In this document: piece by piece, positions 51,521 through 64,000 of the stretch
How the letters are laid out: each line of letters starts with the position of its first letter
How positions within the stretch are numbered: the stretch's first letter is position 1
DNA from: Mustelus asterias
Lineage: Eukaryota
Length of the DNA: 64,000 nucleotides
Assembly (NCBI RefSeq): GCF_964213995.1
Contig: NC_135805.1
Location: 145,762,001-145,826,000, forward strand
Direction of reading: 5' to 3'
Notes under the pieces: model-generated
The model's database searches: none
Told to the model about the DNA's origin: nothing
The model's input: the letters and a program-made list of their open reading frames with translations, nothing else
Made by a program: the position numbers and the translations under genes

Positions 51521-54194
51521 CCAGGTGTGGCCTCACCAACCTATACAATTGCAGTAAAACATCCCGATTCCTACACTCAAATCCTCTTTCTATCAAAAAA
51601 AAGTACAGAACAGGAACAGCTCCAAGTCTGTGCCAATCATGATGCCCAAACTAAGCTTAAAATAAACCTGCTGGACTTTAACCTGGTGTTGTGAGACTTC
51701 TTACTGTGACCACCCCAGTCCAACACCGGCATCTCCACAACATAGAAGATCATGGACAGTTGGTACATGGAAATCACACCACATGCAAGTTCACCTCCAA
51801 TTCAAACACCACTATGACTTGAAATTCTATCACCATTCCTTCGTTGTCATTGGAGTAAAATATTCACTCTTCCTACCTATCTCGAACATGGCTGTACCTT
51901 TCGCAGACAGCATGGTGCAAGGAGGTGGTTCTAAGATGACTAGTGCAGAACAAATTGCTCACCTTTCTCTGTTCAAAGAACAAATATCATCAGTCTGGTA
52001 AGTGATCGGTATGTGAAATACATTTGATCTGCATCTGTTCATCACTGGTTTATAAGTCATTCTATATATGTGGTTGTGGGATGAATTTTCATCATTCTTT
52101 GAGTTCGTTTGTGAGGCTTTGTCTCCTTCAATATCGGCTACTTTTTTTTCTGTCATTTTCTGGTATGTGTGCATGAATACAATTCAATATTAGATTGTCG
52201 CTGGGATGACTGCAACTAAAGGATTCATGCTGTATGTTCCAGCTCCTTGAGATGCACATGCATGAGATGTGTTCTGTATCTGTCACACTCATTTATGTTT
52301 TTGTGATTGTATGATTTATTCTCTATCTGTCAGTTTTGGTACTTTGTGCACATATAGGATTCACTCTGCAGCACTCAGTCCCCAATCACAATGTACGAGA
52401 GATCATGTTTTTTTTTTAGTCTTATCCTATGTGAATGTTGTTATCAATCTGTACCTTTCTGTAATTGTGATCTTCAGTCCTTGGGAGACTGTCAGCGTGG
52501 CTCTCTATTTTTATCACTTCAACTTAAGGGTGTGAGTGTCATCTATTGCAGCTGTGTTGTTATGGCCTTAATTCTGCAAATGTTAGGCCCTCCATTGGAA
52601 TGGGAGTGTGGTTTATATTCACTATCTTGTCCTGTACACCAGTATGGCCTATTTTCTCTTCCTGCCATTCTCTGTTAATAAATCTGAAAGATAGTTTACT
52701 TCTGTACCTGTCAGTCCGTGTGCTGTATGTGAAAGGTCTGTACATTATGTATAGTTTTCTCTATGATACAGTGTCTGAGATTGAGATGAGTTAAGTACCT
52801 GTTTGCCCATGGAATCAAATACAATGTTGTGATCTATTATGCGTTGAAGTCTCCAACATTACAGGTGAATGTTACATTGTGAAACTTTCAGTGCCTGGAG
52901 GTGAGTGTGAGTTTAGTTCTACATTAGTTCCACATTCATCAGTCATTACCCAGGTGCATGTGTGCCTGATTCATATATGTCTCTGCTACTGTATATAAAT
53001 ATTATTTACATTCTGGATCTCTCAGACATGGTACTGTGTATGAAAGCAGGAATAATCCTACACGGTTACTTTGTATTTCTCTATTGTGTCCATTACAGAT
53101 TCATTTGGCTTCAATATTTCCTGTGTAAATGAGAGCCTTTGCGTTTCATTTGTCCTTTCTTTCAGCTTTCCTTGAAGTGTAAAATAGTCTGTAATTATAT
53201 TTTCCCATTTACTATGGATCTAATGATCTGGTAGTATCGCTGTGCTTTGTGAGTCACACCCTACCTGCTGTGTGTTGGAACCAGCTCCCTGCACTTGTCC
53301 TTCTTTCAAGGTAGCATCTGCCTCAGCAATCATTTGTCATTTGTTTCCTTCCAGAGCTCCTAACTCTGAAGAATAGGCAAGCTCGAAGGCAGAAAAGTGG
53401 TCAAATAATTAATCATAATAGTAAAACCAGTTAAAATCAGTATCTGAGCCCATCACAGTACTACAGCAATCAGTTCCTGCTTCATCTGACATTCTTTGAT
53501 GGGTGGGATTGAGAATCAGTCTTTCCAGCATACTGCTGCTTCATATGGGCTATCCAGATCAGGCTGAGATTTCAGCAAGGGTCAGATTTAAATTTGCAGC
53601 TCTCTTTTAACTAACTGTGCAGTGGGAAACAAGTCATAGTCAGACAGTTAGAGTTTTACAGAACAGCTCGATGCCCTTCGGCCCATCGTGTCTGCACCAG
53701 CCATCAGGCGCCTGCCTATTCTAATCCCATTTTACAGCCCCTGCTCCATTGCCTTGCTTGCTATGGTATTTCAGGTACTTGCCTAAATGCTTCTTAAATG
53801 TTGTGAGGTTTACTTTCTCCACCAGCCCCTCTGAATCACCTTCTACTTAACTTAAATCTTTAACACTTATTATTGACCCATCTACTCAGGGAAAATATTC
53901 CTTCGACCTCTCCTATGTATGTCCCTCATAATTTTGCACACCTTGAAGTTTTACCCTGTTCAGCCTTCTCTGCTCTAAGGAAAGCAACCCCAGCTGATCC
54001 AGCCTCATTTCACAGCAGAAATGCACCAGTATAGGCAACCTCCTGGTGAATCTCCTCGCAATATTTTCTGCTGTAATTACTTCCTTCCGATAATGTGGAA
54101 ACCAAAACTGCGTACAGTACTCTTGGTGTGACCTAACCAACATTTTACACTTCCAACCTAATCTCCCAATGTGTACATTGGGTGGTCCAGTGTC

Positions 54195-54735
54195 TGGCAC
54201 TGCAGTATCACAGCACCAGGGACCTGAGCTCAATTGCGGCCTTGGGTCACTATCTGTGTGGAGTTTGCACATTCTTACTGTATCTGCGTGGGATTCCTTC
54301 AGGTTCTCCGGTCTCCTCCCACATTCCAAAGATGTGCGGGTTAGGTGGATTGACCATGCTAAATTGACCCTTAATGTCAGGGAGATTTGCAGAATGAATA
54401 CATGGGGTTACGGGGAAAGGGCCTGGGTGGGATTGTTGTCGGTGCATGCTCGATGGGCTGAATGACCTCTCCCTGCACTGTAGGGATTCTACTACTGACA
54501 ATGCCATGGACCTGGGTTCAATTCTGGTCTCAGATCACTGTCTGTGTGCAATTTGTACATTCTCCCCCGTGTCTGCATGGCCTTTCTCCCACAGTCCAAA
54601 GATGTGCAGGTTAGGTTGATTGGCCATGCTAAATTGCCCCTTTGTGTGGGGTTACAGGGATAGAGCCTGGCTGGGGTTGTTGCCAGTGCAGGCTAGATGG
54701 GGGGAATGGCTTCCTTCTGCACCGTCGGGATTCTA
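54195..54735 (+). mobile_element. Two tandem degenerate HE1-like SINEs inside old CR1 debris (53650-55010)
   Basis: Two successive GTGTGGAGTTTGCACATTC...CCAAAGATGTGC...GGGATTCTA units (54195-54490 and 54500-54735). Confidence 0.75.
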
Positions 54736-55027
54736 TGCCTCAGTAAATAAAAGCAGGTGTTCCATTTGCTTACTTATCCACCTCTGTATCTGTTTTGCTG
54801 CCTTCTGGGATCTTCCAGCATGAACCCAAAGGTCCCTCTGGTCTTCTGAACGTTCTACTATTCATTGTGTATTATTTATTCAAAATTCAGGGTTAAATTC
54901 CACTTGCCACTGTTTTGCCCATCTGACCAGCCCATCTATATCATCCTGTAATCTAAGACTGCTGCACTAAGTTTCATACCATTTGTAAAATTACTGATCA
55001 TCGCATCCCCACCACCCCACCCCCAAT

Positions 55028-55888
55028 TGTCATGAAGTTGGATATATAAGGTTAATAATGTGGTGTTTTACAAATGTAAATATTGAAAAGAAATGCTCAG
55101 AAAACCAAAATAAATCATATAGCATTGTCTCTTTAAAAAGCATGTGTCTTTATGCTTCGGATTTTAAACTGCAGGAAGCAGGCTGCAGAAGCAACACTTG
55201 TATCCAAAGCAGCAGCCAGAGTTCCAGCGAAGCAAAACAAGCTTTTCAATTGAACCAATGGGTTCAAGGCAAACACGCTGAGGCACAGAACCAATGGAAT
55301 TCAAATGTAAGGTTTGTTGACAGCCTGAAGCCATTCAAATCACAGGAATACTGTGGGGTAATTCCAGGTATTTAAACCCAGACAAGGGGAGATGACAGTC
55401 AGAGCAACCTTGCCACCACTTTAGATTGAAGGAGGGAACGGCGAGTCTCTGAAATGAAATCCTGCAGTAATATATATAGCTTCATCAAATCACCATCTAA
55501 CTGGGAGAAACCAACTCAGAAAGCATTCCAGACCAAAGCATCAGAAGAAAGTTCATACTTCCAACTGACGCCTATTATTTGAGAGTGACTATATTCTGCA
55601 TTAGTCCTGAATGAGTCTTGTAATTGGAACAGCATTCTATTGGGGAATTTATTCAGTTTGCTAATTATTTTAATAAGCTTGTCCCCGGTTCTAAAATAAA
55701 GATCTGTTAATTGTTCATGATAGAGTGTGGCAGATCCTGCTTCAAGGTACCAAAACCAGTAGCTTCATACCATCTCTCGCACACTTCCTTAAGAATACGA
55801 GGTGAAGTATATCCCTTTCTGGGGGGGTGGGGGGGGGGGGGGGGTTCCAAAATTGCGCAGAGGGAAACATCACCTCCGCATCATAACA
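55028..55888 (+). mobile_element. Solo LTR, 861 bp, 4-bp TSD
   Basis: TGTCATGA...TCATAACA imperfect inverted termini. CAAT duplicated at 55024-55027 and 55889-55892. TATTTAAA ~55369 and AATAAA ~55695. Confidence 0.8.
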
Positions 55889-55959
55889 CAATTTATGTCC
55901 AGATCATTAAAGTTCACTACAAACAATTAAGGATCCCACACCCACCCCTGTGGTGCACC

Positions 55960-56097
55960 ACTGTGTCTCCGTGCCCTGTTTGAGAGCAGATTTCCACTCC
56001 ATCTGACGAAGGAGCAGCGCTCCAAAAGCTAATGGTATTTGCTACCAAATAAACCTGTTGGACTTTAACCTGCTGTTGTTAAAACTGTTACTGTGTG
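55960..56097 (+). mobile_element. Penelope-like fragment with hammerhead motif
   Basis: CCAT CTGACGA A GGAGC AGC GCTCC AAAA GCTA ATGG at 55999-56035. TGTGGTGCACCACTG / TGTGTGCACCACTG flanks. Confidence 0.72.
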
Positions 56098-56329
56098 CAC
56101 CACTGAACACAGGCTTCTAGTCACAGCAACAAGCTCCGACTATCACCCTCTGCCTCCTGCCCGAAGTCAATCTTGGATCCAAACTGCCCAGTACCCCATG
56201 TCTCCTACCTTTTTGATCTGAATTCCATGGAGGCTGCACTGGCCTCACCTTAACACAGACTCACCTCTTACTTTTGGGAACGCTGATGTCTCCCAAAGCT
56301 GCTGAAGGGAAGCCCACTCCCCTCACTGA

Positions 56330-56460
56330 GTGAGCGGCAGCGTGACGGAAACAGAGGCTGCACATGCGCTCTGAAACTCAATGTGACGTCCGGAAGGGGA
56401 GGGGCATGGATTACGCAAGCGCAGATCTCGCCTCGTACTCAGCTTCCGGAAATCAATGGG
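56330..56460. promoter_or_regulatory. Orphan CpG-rich promoter-like segment
   Basis: GCACATGCGC (NRF1-like) 56360, TGACGTC (CRE-like) 56384, CCGGAAG 56390 and CTTCCGG 56443 (ETS), TTACGCAA 56411. Confidence 0.45.
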
Positions 56461-56649
56461 AATTTTCCCCATTTCCCTCTCATCAGACACACAGAGCAAA
56501 AGCTCCAAACCCCTGTTATCCTGGTGTGTGGGGGGAGTGCTCGGTGGAGAGGCTGAGTGAAGCTATAGCGATTGAAGCTCTGTGTTTGTCCCAATTAGAT
56601 ATTCAATTTGCAGTCATTCCCTGTGGCTTGTTAATGTAAAGTTTATTTA

Positions 56650-56948
56650 AAGTAAAGTTTATTTATTAGTCACAAGGAGGCTTACATTCACACTACGATG
56701 CAGTTACTGTGAAAATCCCCGAGTCACAATAGTCCGGCGCCTGTTCGTCGAGCACTGAGGGACAATTCAGCATGGCCAATTCACCTAACCTGCACATCAG
56801 TGGACTGTGGGAGGAAACCGGAGCACCTGGGGGAAATCCACGCAGACATGGGGAGAAAGTGCAAACTCCACACAGACAGTGACCCAAGCCAGGAATCGAA
56901 CCCAGGTCCCTGGCGGTGTGAGGCGGCAGTGTTAACCACTGTGCCAAC
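56650..56948 (-). mobile_element. tRNA-derived SINE (second tail type)
   Basis: Reverse complement TGGCACAGTGGTTAACACTGCCGCC...GGTTCGATTCC plus conserved core. Confidence 0.85.
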
Positions 56949-57071
56949 CACAGTGTGTTTGTTATCACACTGTGACCCATCCCGTCAAATCCAGAGATTC
57001 TCCAAACTAGAACTTTATTATTTGACTGAATTTTCACCGTTTTCCAATTGTAAATTGAATGAATAGGTAAA

Positions 57072-59050
57072 TCACCTTGGTTCACACGCTCCCCTGGTAT
57101 ACGCATTCCCCTGATATACGCACCTCCCTCGTTTGTGCACCTCCCTGGTTTGTGCACTCCCCTGGTTTGTGTACCTCCCTGGTTTGTGTACCTCCCTGGT
57201 TTGTGCACCTCCCTGGTTTGTGTACCTCCCTGGTTTGCACACTCCCCTGGTTTGTGCCCTCCCCTGGTTCATACATACCTGTGTGTGCACATTCCCCTGT
57301 TATATACACCCCCCTGTTTTACACACTACTCTGGCTTGCTCATTCCCTTAGTTTACACATTCCCCTGGTTTGCACACTCCTCTCGTTTGTGCACTCCCCT
57401 GGTTTGCGCAGTGCCCTGTTTGCGCAGTCCCCTGGTTGCGCACTCCCCAGGTTTGCGCAGTCCCCTGGTTGCGCACTCCCCAAGTTTGCGCACTCCCCTG
57501 GTTTGCATGCTCCCCTGGTTTATGCGCTTCCCTGGTTCACACACACCCCGGGTTTGTGCACTCCCCAAGTTTGCACATTCCCCTGGTTTGCACACTCCAC
57601 TGGTTTTGATTTGATTTGATTTACTATTGTAACATATATTAACATACAGGGTAAAGTATTGTTTCTTGTGCACTAAACAGACAAAGAATACCATTCATAG
57701 AGAAGGAAACGAGAGAGTGCAGAATGTAGTGTTACAATCATAGCTAGGGTGTAGAGAAAGATCAACTTAATGCAAAGTAAGTCCATTCAAAAGTCTGACA
57801 GGAGCAGGGATGAAGCTGTTCTTGAGTCGGTTGGTACATGATACGGTTGTGTATTTTTCCCGAAGGAAGATGATGGAATCGCGAATGTCTGGGGTGCATG
57901 GAGTCCTTAATTATGCTGGCTGCTTTGCCGATTAAGGAGGAAGGATAGACAGTGACAATGGATGGGAGGTTGGTTTGTGTGATGGATTGGGCTACATTCA
58001 TGGCCTTTTGTAGTTCCTTGTGGTCTTGGGCAGAGCAGGACCATACCAAGCTGTGATGCAACCAGAAAGAATGCTTTCTATGGTGCATCTGTAAAAGTTG
58101 GTGAGAGTAGCAGCTGACATGCCAAAATTCCTTCGTCTTCTGAGAAAGTAGAGGCATTGGTGGGCTTTCTTAACTAAAGCATCAGCATGGGAGGACCAGG
58201 ACAGGTTGTTGGTGATCTGGACACCTAATAAATTGAAGGTCTCGACCCTTTCTACTTCATCCCCGTTGATGTAGACAGGGGCATGTTCTCCTTTACACTT
58301 CCTGAAGTTGATGACAATCTCCTTCGTTTTGTTGACATTGAGGGGGAGATTATTGTTGCTGCGCCAATTCTCCAGATTCTCCATCTCATTCCTGTACTCT
58401 GTCTCATCATTGTTTGAGATCCGACCCACTACGCTGGTGTCGTCAGCAAACTTGAAAATCGAATTGGAGGAGAATTTGGTATATAAGGAGTATAGTAGGG
58501 GGCTGAAAACACAGCCTTGTGGGGCGCTGGTGTTGAAGATGATCGTGAAGGAGGTGTTGTTGCCTATCCTTACTGATTGTGGTCTGTGAGTTAGGAAGTT
58601 CAGGATCCAGTCGCAGAGGGAAGTGCCGAGGCCCAGGCCACGGAGTTTGGAGATGTGTTTCATGGGACTAATAGTGTTGAAGGCTGAGCTGTAGTCAATC
58701 AATAAAAGTCTGACATAGGTGTCCTTGTTATCTAGGTTTGCACACTCTCCTGGGTTAATACACTCCCCTGATTTACACACTCCCCTGGTTTGCGCAATCC
58801 CTGAGTTTACACATACCCTTGGATTTAACACTTCCCTGGTTTGTACTCTTCCCTCCTTGCACATAATCCTCTGGTTTACACACTCTCTCCTCTTACTCAC
58901 TGTCCTGGTGTGCACATATCCCCAGGTATACATGTTCCCCAATTTGCACACCACTGGTATACGCACTTCCCTGGTTTCACAAACTCGCTTGATGTTACAC
59001 AGTCTCTGGTTTTAAACATCCTCTGGTATACATAGTCCCCTGTTTTACAA
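57072..59050. repeat. 17-bp minisatellite array, second copy, interrupted by a LINE
   Basis: GCACACTCCCCTGGTTT-like units at 57072-57606 and 58736-59050. Confidence 0.93.
57607..58735 (-). mobile_element. Rex1/Babar-like LINE, 5'-truncated
   Basis: ORF 57998-58966 contains [51 protein letters not shown] and FADD. (GATTT)n tail at 57607-57622. Confidence 0.88.
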
Positions 59051-59466
59051 CCTCCTCTAATCTGTTCTGTTTCCAAAGCAATTCCATTTCCCTTTGAGGA
59101 TGTATATATGCTTTTGGCACAGTTATGGATTGTGATATCTATGTATTCTAATGCTGTATTCATACCGCATCTTACATCATCTGCTAATGCATGTGTTAGT
59201 ATAATATTGTTCTTCATTCTGATATTGACACAATAGTGCAGTATTGAATCTTCTTTCTCTCTCTCTCTCTCACTCGCTCTGTCTCTAATTCTCAGTGTCT
59301 CTGATTCATTTTATCTGTCTTTGTATGTCTCTCCCATTTTCTATCTCCCTCAATCTACTTCACTTTCTGTGTCACTGTGCCTCCAATCTCAGTGTGACTC
59401 TCTATGTCTCTCTATGCCTACTTCTGTATGTCTTCCCATCTCTCACTCACTGTTTCTGTGTTACTG

Positions 59467-59624
59467 CAGTAAGAATTCTCACAACACCAGGTTAAAGTCC
59501 AACAGGTTAATTTGGCAGCAAAAGCCACTCGCTTTTGGAGCACTGCCCCTTCACCAGGTACTTTATCCTGGTGTTGTGAGACGTCTTACTGTGTTTACCA
59601 TTGTCCAAAGCCGGCATCTCCACA
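59467..59624. mobile_element. Palindromic Penelope-derived insert with 12-bp duplication
   Basis: TCTGTGTTACTG at 59455-59466 and 59625-59636. Inverted arms around CTCACAACACCAGG / CCTGGTGTTGTGAG. Confidence 0.78.
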
Positions 59625-60501
59625 TCTGTGTTACTGAGCAGTGCAAGTGGATAAACTCAAACTGGAAAATTTCGAGGTTTAGTGAAGAGATCATTTGCAT
59701 TTTCACCTTGAAGAAAGGTGCACGATCAATGTAATTTTATGAAAACACATCTGATTGGCTGTTGCTGGGGAGTGAGGTTAACACACAATATGTGGAGCAG
59801 AAAATACAGAGAGATGAACAAAGTGAATGGAGAATTTACAATTAACCAACATAACGGGGGATAAGTGTGGAAGAGAGCAACAATATGCCCTGGGAAGTTT
59901 AAATTGCAAAATCATTTTAGCCTGGGATTGTGTAGATGTGAATATTGTGCAGGAGATAGTGTGTGATAGGGGCGGGGGAAACAGGAGAACATCACTGTGT
60001 TTGTGTGTCCGTTCAGATCATGAGATCTCCGCATCATTCTTGTGTAAAACACAAATATTTTTCAACCAAATTCTCCCCCTGGATCCCTCCTACTTCTCAA
60101 AGTTAGATTTCAATGCAATTTCCATTTCGATTTCCAACTTTCAGTCGAAAACTGAGGAAGATGACAGCGATGGGGTGAGAGAGCGCGAACAGTACAGCAG
60201 CGAAACGGGATTTAATCCCAAATGCAGCCTTCAATCCGGGTGAAATCTTTTCTACAACAGACATTAGGATGTCAGACACAGTGAGGATTAAACCTGGGAC
60301 AATGTGGAGCCGGGATTTGAGTGGAAATTGAGAGTATGGGACGAGAGAAAAACACAGAGAAGGCAGCAGCAGCCTGGAGCTGACAGCAGCTTGTCTCCGC
60401 CCCGTCCGCTCGCTGCCTTTAAGTTGCTCAGTGCCGCCGCCAGACGCTTCATTTCTCATCCAGTTCACATTGACGGAGTGATTTGGTGCAGAGTTCCAGA
60501 C

Positions 60502-61146
60502 ATGAGCGACAGTGCAGCCGCCGAAACGGCTCCTCCAGCCGCCGCCACAAGCAAGACAACCAAAAAGAAGGCAGCGGCTCCCTCGAAGAAAGCATCAGGT
60601 CCCAGTCTGGGCGATCTGATCCTCCAGATCGTGGCGGAAAGCAAGAATCGCAAGGGGATCTCCGCTGCCGCCATCAAGAATGAGCTGCGGAGCAAAGGGG
60701 TGGATGTGGCGAAACGGGTGGCCCTGATCAAGCAAAGTTTAAAGAGGAATGTGGAAAATGGAAAGCTGATTCAGCTCAGTGGCATTGGCGCCTCCGGCTC
60801 CTACAGACTCGCTCAGAAAACAGCGGAGCGGAAAACTGTAAAGAAGGTAAAGACAGGAGCGGCCAGGAAAACCCCAGTGAAGAAAGCGGTGGCCAAGAAA
60901 GCAACAAAGAAACCAGCAACAAAGAAAACGGCAACAAAGAAACCCACAGCCAAGAAACCAGCAGCCAAGAAACCCATCGCGAAGAAAACAGTCAAGAAAA
61001 CAACCAAGAAGGCGACTCCAAAAAAGAGCGTGAAGAAAGTGACACCCAAGAAAAAGATTGTTGTGAAGAAGGTCGCGAAGGGAAAGACATCAAAGGCCAA
61101 ACCCAAAGCGGCAGCAGCAAAGTCTAAGAAAGCAGGAAAGAAGTGA
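60502..61146 (+). CDS. H1: Linker histone H1 (214 aa)
   Basis: ATG at 60502. Paralogue of 40461-41078 with a 10-aa insertion in the tail. Confidence 0.95.
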   Translation: MSDSAAAETAPPAAATSKTTKKKAAAPSKKASGPSLGDLILQIVAESKNRKGISAAAIKNELRSKGVDVAKRVALIKQSLKRNVENGKLIQLSGIGASGSYRLAQKTAERKTVKKVKTGAARKTPVKKAVAKKATKKPATKKTATKKPTAKKPAAKKPIAKKTVKKTTKKATPKKSVKKVTPKKKIVVKKVAKGKTSKAKPKAAAAKSKKAGKK

Positions 61147-61182
61147 AATACACCGAGCAAATCCTAAACCTCTAAACCCAAA

Positions 61183-61198
61183 GGCTCTTCTCAGAGCC
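61183..61198 (+). terminator. Histone 3' stem-loop of H1
   Basis: GGCTCT TCTC AGAGCC-ACCCA. Confidence 0.93.
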
Positions 61199-61943
61199 AC
61201 CCACCTCTCTCAGGAATGAGCTGAACTCCCCGCGGTCAATGAATCGCTGTCCCGGCGCTGGGAGCAGATTTCAGATAGAAATGTCAATCCAATATTCCCG
61301 CTCACTCGCTGACATGTTCCAGACCCGGACCCCCCTCACACTCTGCACTCAAACATAGGGATGTTGCTGCCTCTCCCTGACCCGGGAATGGCTCCAGGGG
61401 AACACTCACACTTTGTGTTAGTTTCTTTATTCACAGATTCAGGGTGTGGGTGTAAAAGAGGAATCCTGGCGGAGAAAGCCCACCTCACAACAAACCCCAA
61501 ACACATTTTATCAGCTGGGAGAGATCTGAATAAAATGCTCAACCCGTCTGGAAGAAGAGTTGTCGGGAATGGAATAGGAGCTGGGATTGAAATGGGAGAA
61601 GTCAAGTTTGACTGGCTACAGAAAGGATTGCACTGAGGCGGAATGTTACTGACAAGTCTGGATTGAATAGATCCGGGTTCCTAACTAGCTTGTATCTGAT
61701 ATTCCAGTTTGTACGTTTTGTTCCGCGCGCTTTTTTCACTTCTGTTTGAATTTGAATCCAAAATGTCGGTTCGAGCCGGCAGGAGGAGGAGCTGGATGGT
61801 GAAAGACATTTCACTGCTCTGTCTGTCTCTCAGTCTCCTCCCCGCCCCGCCTCTCTCTCTCGCTTTCTCAGCCAGGTCGGGGCGAGCTGTATAATAAAGG
61901 AAGCTGCAGCAGCTCCTCCCTCATTCAGCAGCGATTTGACTGA

Positions 61944-62264
<321 letters not shown>

Positions 62265-62295
62265 ACAAATTCACCCAATTCTCACAAAACCCAAA

Positions 62296-62311
62296 GGCTC
62301 TTTTCAGGGCC
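62296..62311 (+). terminator. Histone 3' stem-loop of H4 (U-G wobble in stem)
   Basis: GGCTCT TTTC AGGGCC. Confidence 0.9.
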
Positions 62312-62451
62312 GCCCAGATCCTCACATTGAGAGCACTGACCTTGGTACAGCAGCGGGCTCTTTCTACATATTGAATTTCATGCAGCTTTATCATCTGTTT
62401 CGGAATTGGACCATTCTGCATTATCCCTGTAACAATCCTGTTGCACAAGCT

Positions 62452-62937
62452 CTGGAAATGCCGGCGTTGGACTGGGGTAAACACAGTAAGAGTTTTAATA
62501 ACACCAAGTTAAATTCCAACTGATTTATTTGGTAGCAAATGCCATTAGTTTTCGGAGCAGCACGATAGCCACGTTCCGCACACATGAGGACGGCCTCAAC
62601 CGGGATATTGGGTTCATGTCACACTATCTGTAACCCCCACAGCTTGCCTGGACCTTCAGAGTCTCACTGGCTGTCCTGTCTGGAGACAAGACACATCTCT
62701 TTAGCCTGTCTTGATGCTCTCTCCACTCACATTGTTTGTATATTAAAGACTTGATTAGCTGTAAGTATTCATATTCCAATCATTATTCTGTAAATTGAGT
62801 TTGTCTTTATAGGCCCTTTTGTGAACAGAGTTCCCACTCACCTGAGGAAGGGGCTTAAGGCTCCGAAAGCTTGTGGCTTTTGCTACCAAATAAACCTGTT
62901 GAACTTTAACCTGGTGTTGTTAAACCTCTTACTGTGC
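62452..62937 (+). mobile_element. Penelope-like insert with inverted 5' arm and intact hammerhead motif
   Basis: 62452-62560 is inverted relative to 62860-62937. CAC CTGAGGA A GGGGC TTAAG GCTCC GAAA GCTT GTGG at 62839-62876. Replaces ~42360-42886 of block B copy 1. Confidence 0.82.
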
Positions 62938-63181
62938 AGAAAGAGGCCATCCTTCATGGTGAAGTGTGTGTGTGACACTGTTTTGCGCCTATCACTGGGA
63001 GTTTGCTCCCAGCCTGTTCTGGCTCTATCACGGAATGAATCTGAATGTGTTCCTGGTGCGAAGGCAGTGAGGAAAAGTTTGCAGTGAAATTGGCGGTATT
63101 TTTGGCGGTGAATTTTGAAAAACAGGCGCCATCCGAGCTCAGCCAATCAGAGCTGGCAGCCTGTGGTTGCTATGAGGGTGA

Positions 63182-63703
<522 letters not shown>

Positions 63704-63732
63704 AAACCGACCTCAACCCCCAATCCAAAAAA

Positions 63733-63748
63733 GGCTCTTTTCAGAGCC
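63733..63748 (+). terminator. Histone 3' stem-loop of H3
   Basis: GGCTCTTTTCAGAGCC with AAAAGAGCTG downstream element. Confidence 0.95.
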
Positions 63749-64000
63749 AACTATTCTGTCAGGAAAAGAGCTGCACCGCGGATTGCGGATCATTAGAGCA
63801 ATCTATCTAACCACCAGGGCGGGGAACATCTATTCACAGTTAAGGGAAACAGTGTATAATAGGCATATCCACATTCCAAAGGTAATAACAAATCCATGAC
63901 ACATACTGAGGGAATGTTTTAAACGCAATTCCTGAGATATATTGCTAATACTTTAATGTACCGACATTTTATACTGGGTGCCAGAAATATGAAGATTTCC

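Larger units (their letters stand above)
49310..51595 (-). mobile_element. Older CR1 fragment (49310-49797, 50135-50184, 51521-51595) hosting a SINE and a young CR1
   Basis: The three segments are consecutive pieces matching 32010-32640. Confidence 0.75.

Noticed and set aside
50283-51596. 437-aa RT ORF as a host gene or intact LINE
   Set aside because: Chance in-frame fusion of a 5'-truncated young CR1 with an older CR1 fragment. No endonuclease domain or ORF1.
57998-58966. 322-aa satellite-RT fusion protein
   Set aside because: Read-through from stop-free minisatellite into a truncated Rex1-like LINE with an internal deletion and a frameshift.

Overview
Vertebrate genomic DNA, almost certainly a cartilaginous fish (shark), judged from HE1-type tRNA/V-SINEs, abundant CR1 (HER1-like) LINEs and Penelope-like fragments. 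The window is part of a replication-dependent histone gene cluster undergoing birth-and-death evolution. The apparent unit is H1(+) H4(+) H3(+) H2A(-) H2B(-), present in three incomplete versions. At 11.4-15.5 kb: H4, an H3 relic, H2A and H2B. At 40.5-46.0 kb: H1, H4, H3, an H2A pseudogene and H2B. At 60.5-63.7 kb: H1, H4 and H3, running off the window end. All ten intact histone genes carry 3' stem-loops. Two segmental duplications are visible (about 0.8-11.3 kb vs 16.3-31.5 kb, and 33.2-43.7 kb vs 57.0-63.7 kb), and they provide empty-site controls for insertions. The most unusual items are: a ~275 bp retroposed element with a U2 snRNA-derived head; minimal hammerhead-ribozyme motifs with covariation in Penelope-like fragments; H1 paralogues with an excess of amino-acid changes in the globular domain; a duplicated NRF1-type promoter with conserved splice signals heading a strongly T-skewed non-coding block; and a 17-bp minisatellite holding three solo LTRs. 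All alignments and counts were done by eye, and repeat boundaries are approximate.
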